Source: Dimorphilus gyrociliatus
Taxonomy: Eukaryota > Animalia > Annelida
Assembly (NCBI GenBank): GCA_904063045.1
Contig: CAJFCJ010000007.1
Location: 926,819-990,818 of the forward strand
Length of the DNA stretch: 64,000 nucleotides
Direction: 5' to 3'
The notes beneath the pieces were generated by a model. The model was not told the origin of the DNA. It did not search any database and saw only the letters and a list, made by a program, of their open reading frames with translations. Of the stretch, positions 39,470 through 51,839 are shown one piece after another. Within the stretch, counting starts at the first letter, position 1; each line of letters begins with the position of its first letter. Made by a program: the position numbers and the translations under genes.

Positions 39470-41102
39470 CGTTTTTCGATATTCAAGTTCACGTTAGACG
39501 TACAGACTAAAATATAACTACCAACATCTTATGGGTGACATAACAGTTATTAATTAAAAGTTTTAGAACAGCATAAATATTGACTATTTAAGCAAAACTA
39601 CACGAAACGATACAACGAATATTTTATGCATATACTTTAGCACAGTACGATTATAAACTCACCCTAGATCGTTAATAGTCAGGGAAAAATTAATATTATT
39701 ATCTTTTCTACTAGAATCAGCCATTGACACATTTTTTTAGCAAATCGGCCTGGATAAGTGCTCCGTTCAAGAACATGCAATACAAAAGTAAATTCTTGAC
39801 ACACGACCAGATAATACCGGTTTCAATTAAATACTACTAGAGGTCCAAGATACGCATCTGAGGTTGACAGGTCAATAAACTTTTTTACCGAAAGATTAAA
39901 TTACAGATGTATATGAAAAAAGTATGAAGAAAAGGGAATTTACCTTTATCCAATTAAATTTAAAGCTAAAAATCGTATTCTGTTATTTGTATTATATTGG
40001 ATTAGAGTCCTACACAGTTATTAATCACGTACTTTGGTACTTGTACATATGTTTGCATATATAAGCTTTATCGTATGCATTATACTATAGTATCTTATCT
40101 TTAAGGCTCACAGGTATAATTATCACACCATCAAACTACTTCATATTTTAATCTATTTCTGCATATGTGGAAAACTTGTCACTTTTCATCAGCAGAGAAC
40201 AAAGTGTCTCAGTGATCTTTCCAATTTTACTACAATGTTCCGCCTGAGGTGTAACAAATTATTAAAAGCAAATAGGGTTGCGATAACAGCAGTAAAGTTT
40301 ATATGTTATCGTTACGTAACCTTTTTGATGAAGTTGCATCCTATGTACAATTATGCTACTTTTATATAGCTATTATCTTATCTCAGAAGCTGATTCTTTT
40401 TATGTCATATATATTTACTTTATACATTGATGTTTATATGCTGTGATTACTTTAAAGCATATTTCATTTATTCTGTAATTCCATTGGCGTGTTTTCAGAA
40501 ATAGCAATGGCAAGCAGATGCTAAGACGGGGGAGAGTATTATTGACAATATTTTGTTTTTAATTTGAATCAAATGAGTTGAGAAACATCTCAAGATATAA
40601 GAATAAAAGTTAATCCTTTGGCCAAAATAGTCATAATCGAATCGTAAACAAGTGATAAAAATGTTGTTTGGACTCGTTTATCTCAGTAATCTAGAACTAT
40701 TTAATATGAGATAGGACTCATTTTGTCGCAAAAGTTAATTAGAGGCCGAGTAGGATTTTCTTGGTCTATATCAGCTGGTATACTACTAGATTTCACCTCA
40801 TTCCATATTTTAGTTAGACCGCTCCAGCGACCCCTACAAATATTTTTTTTCGTAAAAAATTTAATAAACTCATTTAATACTTATTAACTAAAGGATATAT
40901 TTATCATAAATTTATATTATTTAACAATATTTTTGATTATACATTTCTGTTTACGAAAAAAATATTAATATGGTTGCCATCATCGTTGAAATTCCCGGAA
41001 TCCTTTAAGATATTGTAAATTTTTCTATATTTTAGATATTATAAGCAATCTTTTTTATTCGAAATATACTAATAAGATATTACTTTATGATTCAACAACA
41101 GA

Positions 41103-44100
41103 ATGAGTAGTCCTACAAACTCATTCACCAATTCAGCGACATCGGCTTACATCGAACGCTCACTGAGCACTTCCAATGATAATTTAAATCGTAAAACTAC
41201 AGGTTGTTAGAGAAGTAGTCAAAGAAAATTTCTAATTATATATTTGCAGAAAGTAATATAAAACAAGTATCGGCTTTTAAAAGGTTTGTATTTGCAGGAA
41301 TGAGATTTTAATATTTACTCACGTAGTATGTTTCAGGTATGACGCTGACCAAATGAAGCCAAGTATGAATGGGGATAGTTTAGGACAAGCAATGTAACTA
41401 TTTTACAGAATATATGACAAAATCTTACATAATTTGTCTTTCAGACGCCTTAGCGGCAATGATAAAATATCCACTCATAAAATTCCTCCACACGAAGAAG
41501 TAAAAATTGTGTTAAGCGATTATGGTAATATTGAACGACAAACCTCTGGCAGCAGCAAGGTATAAAAAGACGATAATATTCAAAACTATTCTCTTATTGC
41601 TTACTTCCTGCAGGTTAAAATTTCTACCGTTTCTAAATACGACTGGGAGCATAAAGTATATACGGGAAAGATCGTTGCAGTTCATAAGAATCTTAATTAC
41701 CTCGCTTATGCTCTAAAAGGTTTGCTAAAGAAATTATAAATCTGAAATGAGTTATTATCTACGTTATCATACAAATAGGTAGAGAAGGTGGAATAGTTAG
41801 GGTCCTCAACACATATACATCAGAACGCATGGTTTTGAAAGGTTTCGATGGAAGTATTCAAGACTTGGCATTTTCTTATTCTGAAAGTGCCTACCTGGCT
41901 TGTTGCGACTCAAGAGGAAATGTGCATGTTTATTTGATATATAACGATGGAAATGATAGATCCATGCAGTTAGTACTTTTATATAAAAAATTTAGCGCTT
42001 TTATTGACAACTACTATGATTATTTCAGATTTGACTTTATTACAAAGTTTAAATCAAACGGTCCGATGAACATAGTTTGTCGAGTCATCTGGTGTCCTTA
42101 CATACCCGATTCTGATGAGAGTCTTTCTACTGTATCTTCTTCTGAAGATTGCGGTACACTTCTCTTTATTAGCTATGACACAAAGGTGAATAAACAATTT
42201 TGTTATTAAAACATAGAAATTTATTTTTATTTATCCCAATAGGGTTGTATGTTTAAAGTTGACCAATGTATCAAAGCTGGCATCGCAAAAGAAATTGACA
42301 TTGAAACGCAAGATATTCCCACTATACGAATAAGTCCTCACGAACAAGTAAACTTTTCTACTACTTCTTCAATTCAAAAATTTCATATTTACACTTGATA
42401 ACAGGTAATAACTGACGCTAGTATTTCCCCCGATGGAACAGCAGTTGCAACGGCAAGTAAAGACGGAGAAGTTAGATTTCATCAGGTTTATTTACCAGAA
42501 AGAGAGCCAGCAAAGTGAGTTTTCCCAATCAACATATTATACAGCCTTTAATTAATACATTGTTTCAGAATTTTGCATACTATTGTGCCTTATGCTGGAT
42601 TATCAGTTAATGCCATTTGCTTTCTTGATAATCACAAAAGGAATAATGAGTGAGTAAACGACATCTTCTGTTGACGTTAATGTTCACTCAAGATGTCTAA
42701 TTTAACATTTATTTTCTTCTAGTGAGGCATTTTGGCGTTTCATTCTTACAATGGGAGGTCCCAAAAATAACGTAGTAAAACTCTGGAATTGTGAAAAGTG
42801 GTCTTGCTTGCAGACCATTACTTTTGATTCTAGTGCAGATAACATGCGATTAATAGGACAAACAGATTTCTCATCTTCTCATCTTGTACTAGCAGACGTT
42901 TACAGTAGAGTATGTATTAATCATCATTAATTATCTATTCCAAACTTTACTGAGTATTTCGTAAATAGACTCTTATGGTTCTTGATATACAACAACATAG
43001 AAATGAAAGCAGAGCGGGATTCACCGCGGTTTCCGAATTCTTACTTACTTCGCCTTGTCTGAACATTGCTGTAAAAGATGCATATAAGAAACCGCTGCGT
43101 CCAAAAACTGAAGAAACTCACCCTGACATCGCTAGCGAGGATGAGAGTGATGGAGAGCCTAGTGAACGCGACGACATTGGAACATTTGTGGACCTGTACA
43201 GCGTTCAGCCAAGGTATGCTTTTTAGATATTTTTTAATAGGGAACAACTAAAACTGGCTACGAGCTTTTTTATCTGTCTCGCAAACATCTAACAACAACT
43301 CATTGTGAATATACTCACTTATTATTATTAAACAACACTTGTTTTGTTTTTTAGAGCATTGGAAGAACTGAAAATTCGATATAGGGAAAGTAGTGCTAAT
43401 CACACACCTATGTCTTCTTTCAATGGAGAAAGTTTGTAGATATTTTACATTCTTTCAGTCTTAAATCACTTCAAATTTTCAGACTCATCTGGATTACGGG
43501 ATGGTTTGTCCGATTTTCAGGATATGACCCCTCCATCCTCTCGCCATTCGCTTCTAGAAGGCGGTGACCCGGATGGTAGATTGAGCTACCACAGTAGTTT
43601 ATCAGGAGCTGAAAAGCCTGTTTTGTTAACGCCCGATGCTTTTACATCTCCACCACCTAAAAGCGATGTCTCTAGTACATTAACTAATGTGACATCCATG
43701 CCTCCAGAGCCGATATCAGACTTCCCTCGTCCCCCGGTTGTACAGGAAAATTCGAGCTCTAGTTCCTCAGCAAGTCTAGAGGTCAATGAAATTATGGATA
43801 GAGCAAAGGATCCTGACCCTGGAGAGATAAGCGATGATGAAGAAGAAGAAGAAGAAGAGGAAGAAGGTACAATTGACGAGGGAAGTTGGCACTCAACACC
43901 ATTAGAGAAACAAGCTCAAGTAAGGCGATACTCTTCTTGCTTGATTAGCAATTTTCGCTCACAGCTATAAAATAGTTTTCTAGATAATTTTTTAGAATTT
44001 TTTCCAGGTTTTGGCTAAAAAAGCCATTGGGCATGCTGTTTCAAATGATTCTGAGGATGGTGTTGAAAAGGACGAAATGAATCTAGCTTCAAACGGTCAC

Positions 44101-45507
44101 GAAGCAGATGACAGTAGCTCTTGTGAAATACCTGCTGCTACTCGTATGGGATTGCAAAACTTAATGCTCACTGACGAAAACAAACGATTACTAGATATTC
44201 AGCACGAAATGAAAGAACTAAAAGCTGTTGTATTTAGTCAGCGAGAGCAATTAAATACGATGCAGGCATCTCTCTTTGAAGAGTTTATGGGTTCAAGAGA
44301 AAAATCTGCTAATTTGCACAAACAATTGCAACGTATTGAAAGTACAATTGTATCTCGTATTGATAAACAAACCAATTCTCAGGAAAAGAAATTATCATTG
44401 CTAACAACTGAGAAACAGAAACAAGATAAGGCCTCTCAACAATTAAGCTCAAGTTTAGAGAAAGCCTGTAAGACAAAACTTGACACTATAGTTGCTCCCT
44501 CCATAATGCAAGCCCTTGACCCTCTGAAGGCTAGAATTCTGCAAGAAATGACTCACCGTTTAATAGCCACCGAATCAACCTTAAAAGAGTCCATACAGAG
44601 ACTCATTAAACAACAAAGTACGATTGATAATATAAGTCAAGCTACAGCCGCTTGTCTTCAATCTACAATACAAACTGCTTATAAAGATGCTTTCACTTCT
44701 ATCGTTATACCGACTTTCGAAAAGACTATTCAAAGATCCTTAGAGCAAGTCAATACCATATTTGTCAATGGCGTTAAAGAGTACGTCAATAATGTTGAGA
44801 ATCACGTGGACAAATTACGTAAGAAACAAGAAGATGGAACGGATCCAGTTATGCAGCAATTGCGGCAAATTAGTCAACAACTTTCGGAACAAAAGCTAAC
44901 CCTGTCAGATTCTATTAAATCTGAAATGGCATCTACTAAGGCTGATTTACTCAAACAAATGAAAGTGCTTGTTCAAAGTGAGGTTGAAAATGCTATGAAG
45001 GCTCATGTCAATGAAATAAACGAAAATGTTGTTACTGCGTTACGATCAAGAGCATCGACACCTACTTCAGTTGTTAGTGTGGAGAAAATAGACACCGAAA
45101 ACAGAAAGAGAAGCATTCATCAACAAATCGTCAGGGGACAAGTTGATATGGCTTTTCAAAGTGCTCTCTGTGCCTGTGACATAGACTTGGTGTTGTATGT
45201 ATGCGAATCATTTGAGCCAACTATGTTGTTCTCCCCAAGTTGTCCTTTGCAACAGCCAGTTTTATTATCATTAATTCAGCAGCTTTCCGCCGATTTTGGT
45301 ACAAATACCAAATTAAAAGTGGCTTATCTTGAGGAGGCCATCACACATGTGGAATCTGGACACGCCGGAACAGCACAGCACGTTCCCGTTGTGATGAAAG
45401 CTGTTCGCGACGGAGCTACTGCATTCTTATCCAGAAATCAAGGATTTCCCTTATCCAAGAATATTCGTATGATTCGTATGGCCGCCGAATCTTTTTTGAA
45501 AAAATAG
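41103..45507 (+). CDS. EDC4: Enhancer of mRNA decapping protein 4 (Ge-1/Hedls)
   Basis: WD40 region (GSSKVKISTVSKYDWE, LAYALKG, RVIWCPYIPD, ASISPDGTAVATASKDGEV), Ser/Pro/acidic linker, coiled coil, and Ge-1 C-terminal domain (DLVLYVCE...PLQQPVLLSLIQQLSAD). The start codon and first two exons are uncertain. Confidence 0.88.
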
Positions 45508-45993
45508 TAAATTTGGTTATTTTAAAAACGTTTTAGGTGGAAATTTTTTGTTTAAGTTTATGTATCGTAAAAGTGTTTTATCTGACGTTTTATTTCGTCT
45601 GCAATATTCGAAAAAAGATGAAATTTTTTTTCATATTTCATATTGTGTCGTTTCATTTTTGACTCAACTTTTTCACGATATTAAGTCGAAATGTAAAATA
45701 TTTATAGTTATACTATTAACCCTTTAGGTCTATTTAGTTTGGAATCTACAGTATATAGGTCATTCTCTGATTGCCTCTTCGATTTTTGTTAATAGTCTCA
45801 AGAATAATCATGGCTGCTGTAAAATAAAGTATTCAAACTGTTATTTGAAATTTCTTACGTTTTATATTATATCATAAAAATCATTCAATAGGTTCTAAGG
45901 TACTACTCTAATGTCCACGCTACTGATAAAGCCTGCGAAGGGTAAACTTTGTACAAACAAATTTTCATTACATTATTAACAATAAAAAACATA

Positions 45994-47671
45994 TTATGTC
46001 GGATTAGAGGATCGAGCAATTTGTTCCCTCAAAATTTGTATGCTTTGCCTTTGCTCGGGAGGTAGCATAGCAATTTGGTCTTCTGATAATTGCAGAACTT
46101 GCATGAGAACAGCAGTTTTATCGTCGCCTTGCTGAGTAGGGTAATCTGTTCGCAAAGTTGTTGAAGCTCCAGACCAAGATCTAGGATCCACCGAGGAAGC
46201 TGATCTGGGATCCACTGAGGAAGCTGATCTAGGATCCACCGAGGAAGCTGATCTAGGATCTACCGAGGCAGCTGACCTGGGATCCACCGAGGCGGCTGAC
46301 CTAGGATCTACAGAGGAAATTGACCTAGGATCTCCAGCCAAGGCTGATCTTCGATCTGCTGTCAGAGCTGCTCTTGGATCAGCTAAAAGAGGTGGTCGTG
46401 GATCAACTGAAGCGGTTGTTCTTGGGTCTGTTGAGATGGCTGATCTCGGGTCGTTCGTCATATGCGATCTAGGATCCGTTGAAAGGGTTCTTCGAGGATC
46501 TGAACAATTTAAATTGTTAATCAAGTCTGTATTAAAATTTAAGGGGTGGTTCACCTCGGGATCCAATCACTCCAGCTTGGAAAGGAGGTTTAATATCTTC
46601 TGTCTTAAGCCCTTTTTGAGGCCATGTTTGAGCAGAATTCTAAATGAAAGTATTAATAAAATAAAATATATTATTAATTTGACGTATTAAATTACCATAG
46701 TTATTTCTGAAGAATTTTTTAGTGGTCCTGTAGTTCTAGATGAAGTGCTATTGGTATCAAGTGCGGGTGGTATAAGTTCTGTTTCTCTATGTAACATTGC
46801 TATTGCAAACTGAAAATACAGTTGATTAAAAGATAGTAAGATTAATAATAAAGAGTTCTTACTTGTGGATCAACAATTTTCATTACTATTTGAGCTTGTA
46901 GTAAAGCATATGCTAGTTGCGGATTTTGCAACAACATGTTTCGAGCTTCATTGGGGTCATTCTGTATACATATTTTCATTTGCTTCATCAATTCGAACAT
47001 TTGTTCTGGTGGTAATGATGCAACAGCCCTAGAAATTGTTTCTGGAGTTTCACCCGTTTCGGCAGGAGGTGGCTTTTGAGAAGGGGGTTGTCTTCTACGT
47101 AAATCGTCTGTATGATTTCCTTCATTCTTAACTGATCCAACATGCAATGGTCTTCCGCAATAATCATAATTATTAAGATTTCTCATAGCTGATTTAGCTA
47201 TTTCTGGATCGTGATACTCGCAAATTGCATGACCAATAGCACTTCCCTTTTCCCGATCGAAAAAAATCCTAAAATTAAAAGAAAAAAGACAACAAAAAAT
47301 AAATTGATTGGCTTTTTTTTTTAATACACTTAAAATGGCACTATAATATTGAGATAAAAAGATTCAACGAACTTAAAGCTTACGATAGGTCCAACTTGTT
47401 CAAAAATATTCCTCAGATGATCCTCAGAGGCTTCAAACGTCAAATTGCCAACTGAAAAAAAGATCAGAATAAAAGAACCGCTCGAAGAATGCAGAATTTG
47501 AGTATGCGGAATAAAAAATTCATATAAATTACATTTTAAAACAATAAGCTATCAATCTGATATGAAATTAAACTATAACGTGAACTATTTTTGCTTACTA
47601 TAAACTGATCTTGATATCTTATCTTGCAGAAATTTCGATGATTTTCCCCTCACGAAATCACTCATCGCCAT
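45994..47671 (-). CDS. CSTF2: Cleavage stimulation factor subunit 2 (CstF-64)-like, about 420 aa
   Basis: Exons 47671-47599, 47451-47373, 47268-46863, 46809-46696, 46639-46555, 46499-45994. N-terminal RRM (RSVYIGNL...SAMRNLN), hinge (PETISRAVASLPPEQMFELMKQMK...NPQLAYALLQAQ) and C-terminal domain (DKTAVLMQVLQLSEDQIAMLPPEQRQSIQILREQI). Confidence 0.9.
46164..46499 (-). repeat. 24-nt coding tandem repeat, 14 x octapeptide DPR(S/R/T/P/A)xxxx
   Basis: DPRRTLST DPRSHMTN DPRSAIST DPRTTASV DPRPPLLA DPRAALTA DRRSALAG DPRSISSV, then (DPRSAASV)2, (DPRSASSV)3 and DPRSWSGA. The DNA units are near-identical toward the 3' end. Confidence 0.92.
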
Positions 47672-47869
47672 GTTAGACGTTTCGTATAAAAATGATTGAA
47701 ATCATTAAATATGATAGAATCTACTAGTTTGTAGTTATTTTTCTTTATTAAATTGAAAAAAATTTTCTGTATTAAAATTTTAATATTATTCGAAACTAAC
47801 CATTATAGTCAACTCGCCAACCTTTTAACCGAGTAACAAAATTCTACATTCTGAGCAAAATCCTAAAAC

Positions 47870-48830
47870 ATGGCGGGTTTGTCATGGGGTCAATATTTTA
47901 TGAGGTAATTAGTAATATTTTTTAATACAGAGACAGATAAATCTGCTGAACTTAACACATATAATTCGATAGCGAAAATGTTATCTAATATTATTTATTC
48001 ATTTTATGAATAAATGATTGAACGATAAGTATTTAGTTTTACTTATAACCATAAAATTATATTATTGCCATAAAACCATTTAATAAGATATTTTTACTTC
48101 CTTTCGCCTTTCTCAATATTCCAATGTTATCTAAAAATACAGCACGGTATGTACTTGAATATTAAACTCAATTCAAAATTACTTGACATGATTAATTTCA
48201 CTCATTAGCACTTCTGGGGCCCAGTAGCAAATTGGGGGTTACCATTAGCTGCCATAGCCGATGCTAAAGATAACCCGGAAAAAATCAGTGGCAATATGAC
48301 AACTGGCAAGTAACTTAAATAATTTGCATTGATTAATAATAAAATAAGAAGCGAACTAAATCAATTTTGTTTCTTTTTATAGCTTTATGTATTTACTCTG
48401 CTTTGTTTATGAGATTTGCTTGGAAAGTAACGCCAAGAAATAAACTTTTATTTGCTTGTCATTTAACTAATGAAGTAACTCAACTATATCAACTTGCTCG
48501 TTGGTATGACTTTCAGTAAGTTTACTTATATATACACAAATGACAAAATACAACACAGTCTATATAGGTTCAAAGTATTATCACTTCTAAGACGTATGTA
48601 CTATATACGTATAAGTTTCAATTACATTAAGCCTATTCATACTTTAAAAATCTATACATATTAAAATTTTATATTTGCATAATACATTCAATACATTCTT
48701 TTTTCTTTTAAGCCATCGAAAAACACCCGAACAACAGAAAGAAGTTAGGAATTTCTATTTGAAAAAAGCCGCTGAAGAACGTTTAGCAAAGCAAGCTAAA
48801 AAATTAGCGAAAGCATCAACAACATCATAG
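47870..48830 (+). CDS. MPC1: Mitochondrial pyruvate carrier 1, 128 aa
   Basis: Exons 47870-47904, 48143-48146, 48209-48305, 48383-48515, 48713-48830. Protein [23 protein letters not shown]...[31 protein letters not shown] matches MPC1. Confidence 0.93.
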
Positions 48831-49366
48831 TTTAATGTACAAAATAAACAAACAAACAAACTAATAATAGTTTAAGAATAGCAAGTAAGATGAAAATTTT
48901 GCTTTTATTTTGTTTTTATAAATGATCATTTTTCTTTTATAATTGTCTTTTTAGAGCTTTAAAAACATAATGAAAGTTAATGTTGAAGATGAACAAGTTT
49001 TGTTATTATTGTTTGTTTTTTTTTTCTTCCAATATATCAATGTTATAACATATCTATTGAAGTGTTTTTGTGATATTCTCTATCAATCAGTATCTTTTTA
49101 TCACTCTTTTCTCTCTCTCTCTCTCTTTTCACTTTTCCTCTTATGGTATTAGTAATAAGTCGAATTATTGCTCATCTCCTAGCCAACATTTGTTTGTTGC
49201 TGATGGTATATTATCAAAATTTATTGTTTTCTTCTAATAAAGGTTTTTTTTTCAATCAATGACTTAATTCAAAAATTTCCACTCTATTATTCTTTTAACG
49301 ATTTGCTAAATAAATAAATAATAAGTTTGAAAGAGGATGCCGTGCCTCTATATCAGCCATAGCTCA

Positions 49367-49423
49367 ATATGCAAATGAGGTACGAATCGCGTACCATTTA
49401 TCGCTCGAGTTAGGTTATATAAA
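49367..49423 (+). promoter_or_regulatory. Type 3 Pol III promoter of MRP RNA: 21-nt element (49367-49387) plus TATA (49416-49423)
   Basis: ATATGCAAATGAGGTACGAAT is 18/21 identical to the U6 upstream element; TATATAAA lies downstream at U6-like spacing. Confidence 0.75.
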
Positions 49424-49447
49424 CAAACTTTACTAGCATAGTAAGTT

Positions 49448-49710
49448 GTGTGTCAGTTAAGAGATTCGCTTTCGAAGTTACACACGGGTCCTTTGTGACT
49501 CTGAAAAGAACTTGGGGGAAAGTCCCTGGACATTGGGCAGAGAGTGCCCTGCGCGTAAGCGTGGAAGGTGGCTGCTCTATAACGTTCCTATCACAGAGAT
49601 GCTATAAAAGCTAGTGGAAGGGTACGGCTTTAGAGTGGATGCCTCTCGTCTAAGCAAAGTTATGCGAATGCTTTCCAACTGGACAGGGCTTATTCCTTGA
49701 CTGACGTTTC
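49448..49710 (+). ncRNA. RMRP: RNase MRP RNA
   Basis: GGGGGAAAGTCCCTGGACATTGGGCAGAGAGTGCC closely matches the CR-I/P4 and GARAR-loop P8 segment of metazoan MRP RNA. Also present: TACACAC in P3, a 3' CAAC...GGGCTTATTC CR-V segment, a P1 helix GTCAGTTAAG(49452-61)/CTTGACTGAC(49696-705), a downstream T-run and an upstream TATA. Confidence 0.9.
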
Positions 49711-49724
49711 TTTTTTTCTTTTAT
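49707..49724 (+). terminator. Pol III oligo-T terminator of MRP RNA
   Basis: TTTCTTTTTTTCTTTT immediately after the P1 3' strand. Confidence 0.75.
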
Positions 49725-50082
49725 CACGCAAAAATGAAAAAGAAATAAAGAGAATATATGATGAGTGAAATCGTTAATATTTATTAAGTTATTTCTCTCG
49801 CGCTCTCTCTCTCTCTCTTCTATAGTCTTGAGATAAAAGAAGGCGTGATATTCCCTTTCAAAGGAAGGGAAGCTTACCACTAAATAACAAAAATACCTTT
49901 TGTCAATTAGTGACAGATCAATATATTGACAAGAATATTCTATCCATATTCATAAGGATAAAAAAGGAATTTATAAGATGATGTTCATGAATTTTCCATT
50001 GTGATAGTTCTACTCAGGTGATGAATTTGAATACTTAGCTTAAATCGAAAGATTCCTTTTATCCTAATCGATAGTTTTTCCT

Positions 50083-51219
50083 TTATGAGAATGAAGGGGT
50101 TCTGGGAATATCGCAGTAATTAATTCTTACGCTCTTCAGAGGTATTGAATTTCTAGAGCTTCTTCTACCTTCCCATGTTGGCCATAGTTCGCTCGAAGAG
50201 CTGGCTGATGAACTAGTCTTGCGAGTAAGTTCTGGGCTTGGTAGAGGAGGATGTGGGGGACTTTCAGCCCTTGGGATATAAACGTTTATTTTCTTAGCTG
50301 TTCTCTCTCTATTATTTGAGATTGTATCCTCAGATTCTGCTATAGAAACAACCTTGGTTTCCTTTGGAGCTACAAGTATTTTCCTCTCCGTCTTCCAGGC
50401 GTCTTTGTGGCAAGTTCCGGTTGTTAGCAAATCAGTTAATGATTTCGCTTTTTTCCCTTCCGTCCTGTTATTATAAATTCCTGTCATAATTTCCTGTTCA
50501 CCTTTGGTAATGGTATTTTTTCTTTGCCTAAAGAATCTTCCATTCGTCGAATGATTACGACTTTTAGGAACATAATCCGTCCAGTCAAAAACAGTTGAAA
50601 TACTGATAGAACGACCAGTCATTTTCTTCCTACTAATCACAGAACAAGCCTTCTGTAGCCGTATAATATTAATATATATACAGTATATATATTCTAATAA
50701 AAGAAATTAATTACGAAAGGTTAATTAAACGAATATTAAGGAAATAAACGGACAAACGTCTGTCTATAGGATGAAAAATATAGAATTTTCTTACACTTTG
50801 ACAAACTTTTCGATGATATATATATATATATAAAAAGATTAATTCAGTTTAAAATCGTCTAAACGGCATTTTTTCCCCAAAGTAAATCGATAATATTGAT
50901 TTCGCGACAAACGGTACAAAATAAATAATTGCGTTATCTTGTATTAGAACGAAAAAATAGATGATTCTTTTGAAAGGATTATAGATAATTACAGTAATTT
51001 ACACTTTTCCGATATTAGAAAATAAAACAAATTTTATGAGAATAGTCAAAAGTAGCTTTTACAGTGTTAAAAACATCTTAATGATTTATTATTAATCTAG
51101 AAAAACTATCCCCTCTTTCTCTTCTATTTCCTTTAACATTGAAATAGTTTGTTAAGCTTTCTTCTCTATTTCGATATTGATAAAGAATTTACGGATTTTG
51201 GCAAGTATAAAATATTCAT
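50083..51219 (-). CDS. Uncharacterised basic, Ser/Pro-rich protein (about 198 aa)
   Basis: 570-nt open exon 50652-50083 behind a ctacag acceptor. A putative phase-0 exon 51219-51193 (MNILYLPKS|gtaaat) supplies an ATG. Promoter-like motif at 51831. No recognised domain; the 5' structure is uncertain. Confidence 0.5.
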
Positions 51220-51830
51220 CTGGTAAAAGACGAAGAAAATCATAGAAAAGGGAGGAACATTTTATCATATAATTAATTACTTGAAGAAAAAAAAAAACAA
51301 GAAAGAATGATAGAGAAATCTTTCTATTCCGAAATCCGGCGTGTGATTGAAAAGTAAATTATTCAAGAGAATAATCCATTTTGTTTAATCTTAATAAAAA
51401 ACATGGGTATATCTTCTCTCTCTATCTCTATCTCTATCTCTACTTTTCTTTACATTAATTGTTCTTCTAGTATTTTAAAGATAAAACATACTTCAGTTGA
51501 AACTATATCTTTATCAGATATAGTTTATTTATAAAAATAACAAATTTAACTACCTTAGAAGTACTTCTTCTTCTTCTTCTTCTTCTACCTCTTGCACCTT
51601 TTTACTGAATAATTTCTTCTTCTTCTAAATATGTTTATTAATTTAAGCATAAAATAAATACATTGTTTGTAAAATACTTAGCAACATACCTGAGAAAGAC
51701 ATTATGAGTTATTGATCTAGTGTATGCTTCTAATCATTCATTTAGTTTGATGTCAAATGAGGCATATAGTATGTATAGCTATCTTTCGTTACCGACACCT
51801 ATTGTTTCGTAGGTGATAAAATAGCGCCAC

Positions 51831-51839
51831 CGCCATCTA
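51831..51839 (-). promoter_or_regulatory. CCAATAGATGGCGG CTCF-like motif
   Basis: Recurrent 9-mer with CCAA flank, resembling the CTCF core CCACTAGATGGCGC. Confidence 0.5.

Noticed and set aside
46164-46499. Regular 24-nt repeats as a CRISPR-like array or satellite
   Set aside because: There are no unique spacers, the context is eukaryotic, and the repeat is in frame within CSTF2.
46500-46566. N-terminal part of ORF 45994..46566 (MDPEVNHPLNF...)
   Set aside because: It reads through a 55-nt intron (46554-46500); the frame is closed by TGA just upstream.
49650-49880. ORF 49650..49880
   Set aside because: It overlaps the MRP RNA 3' end antisense and a TC microsatellite.
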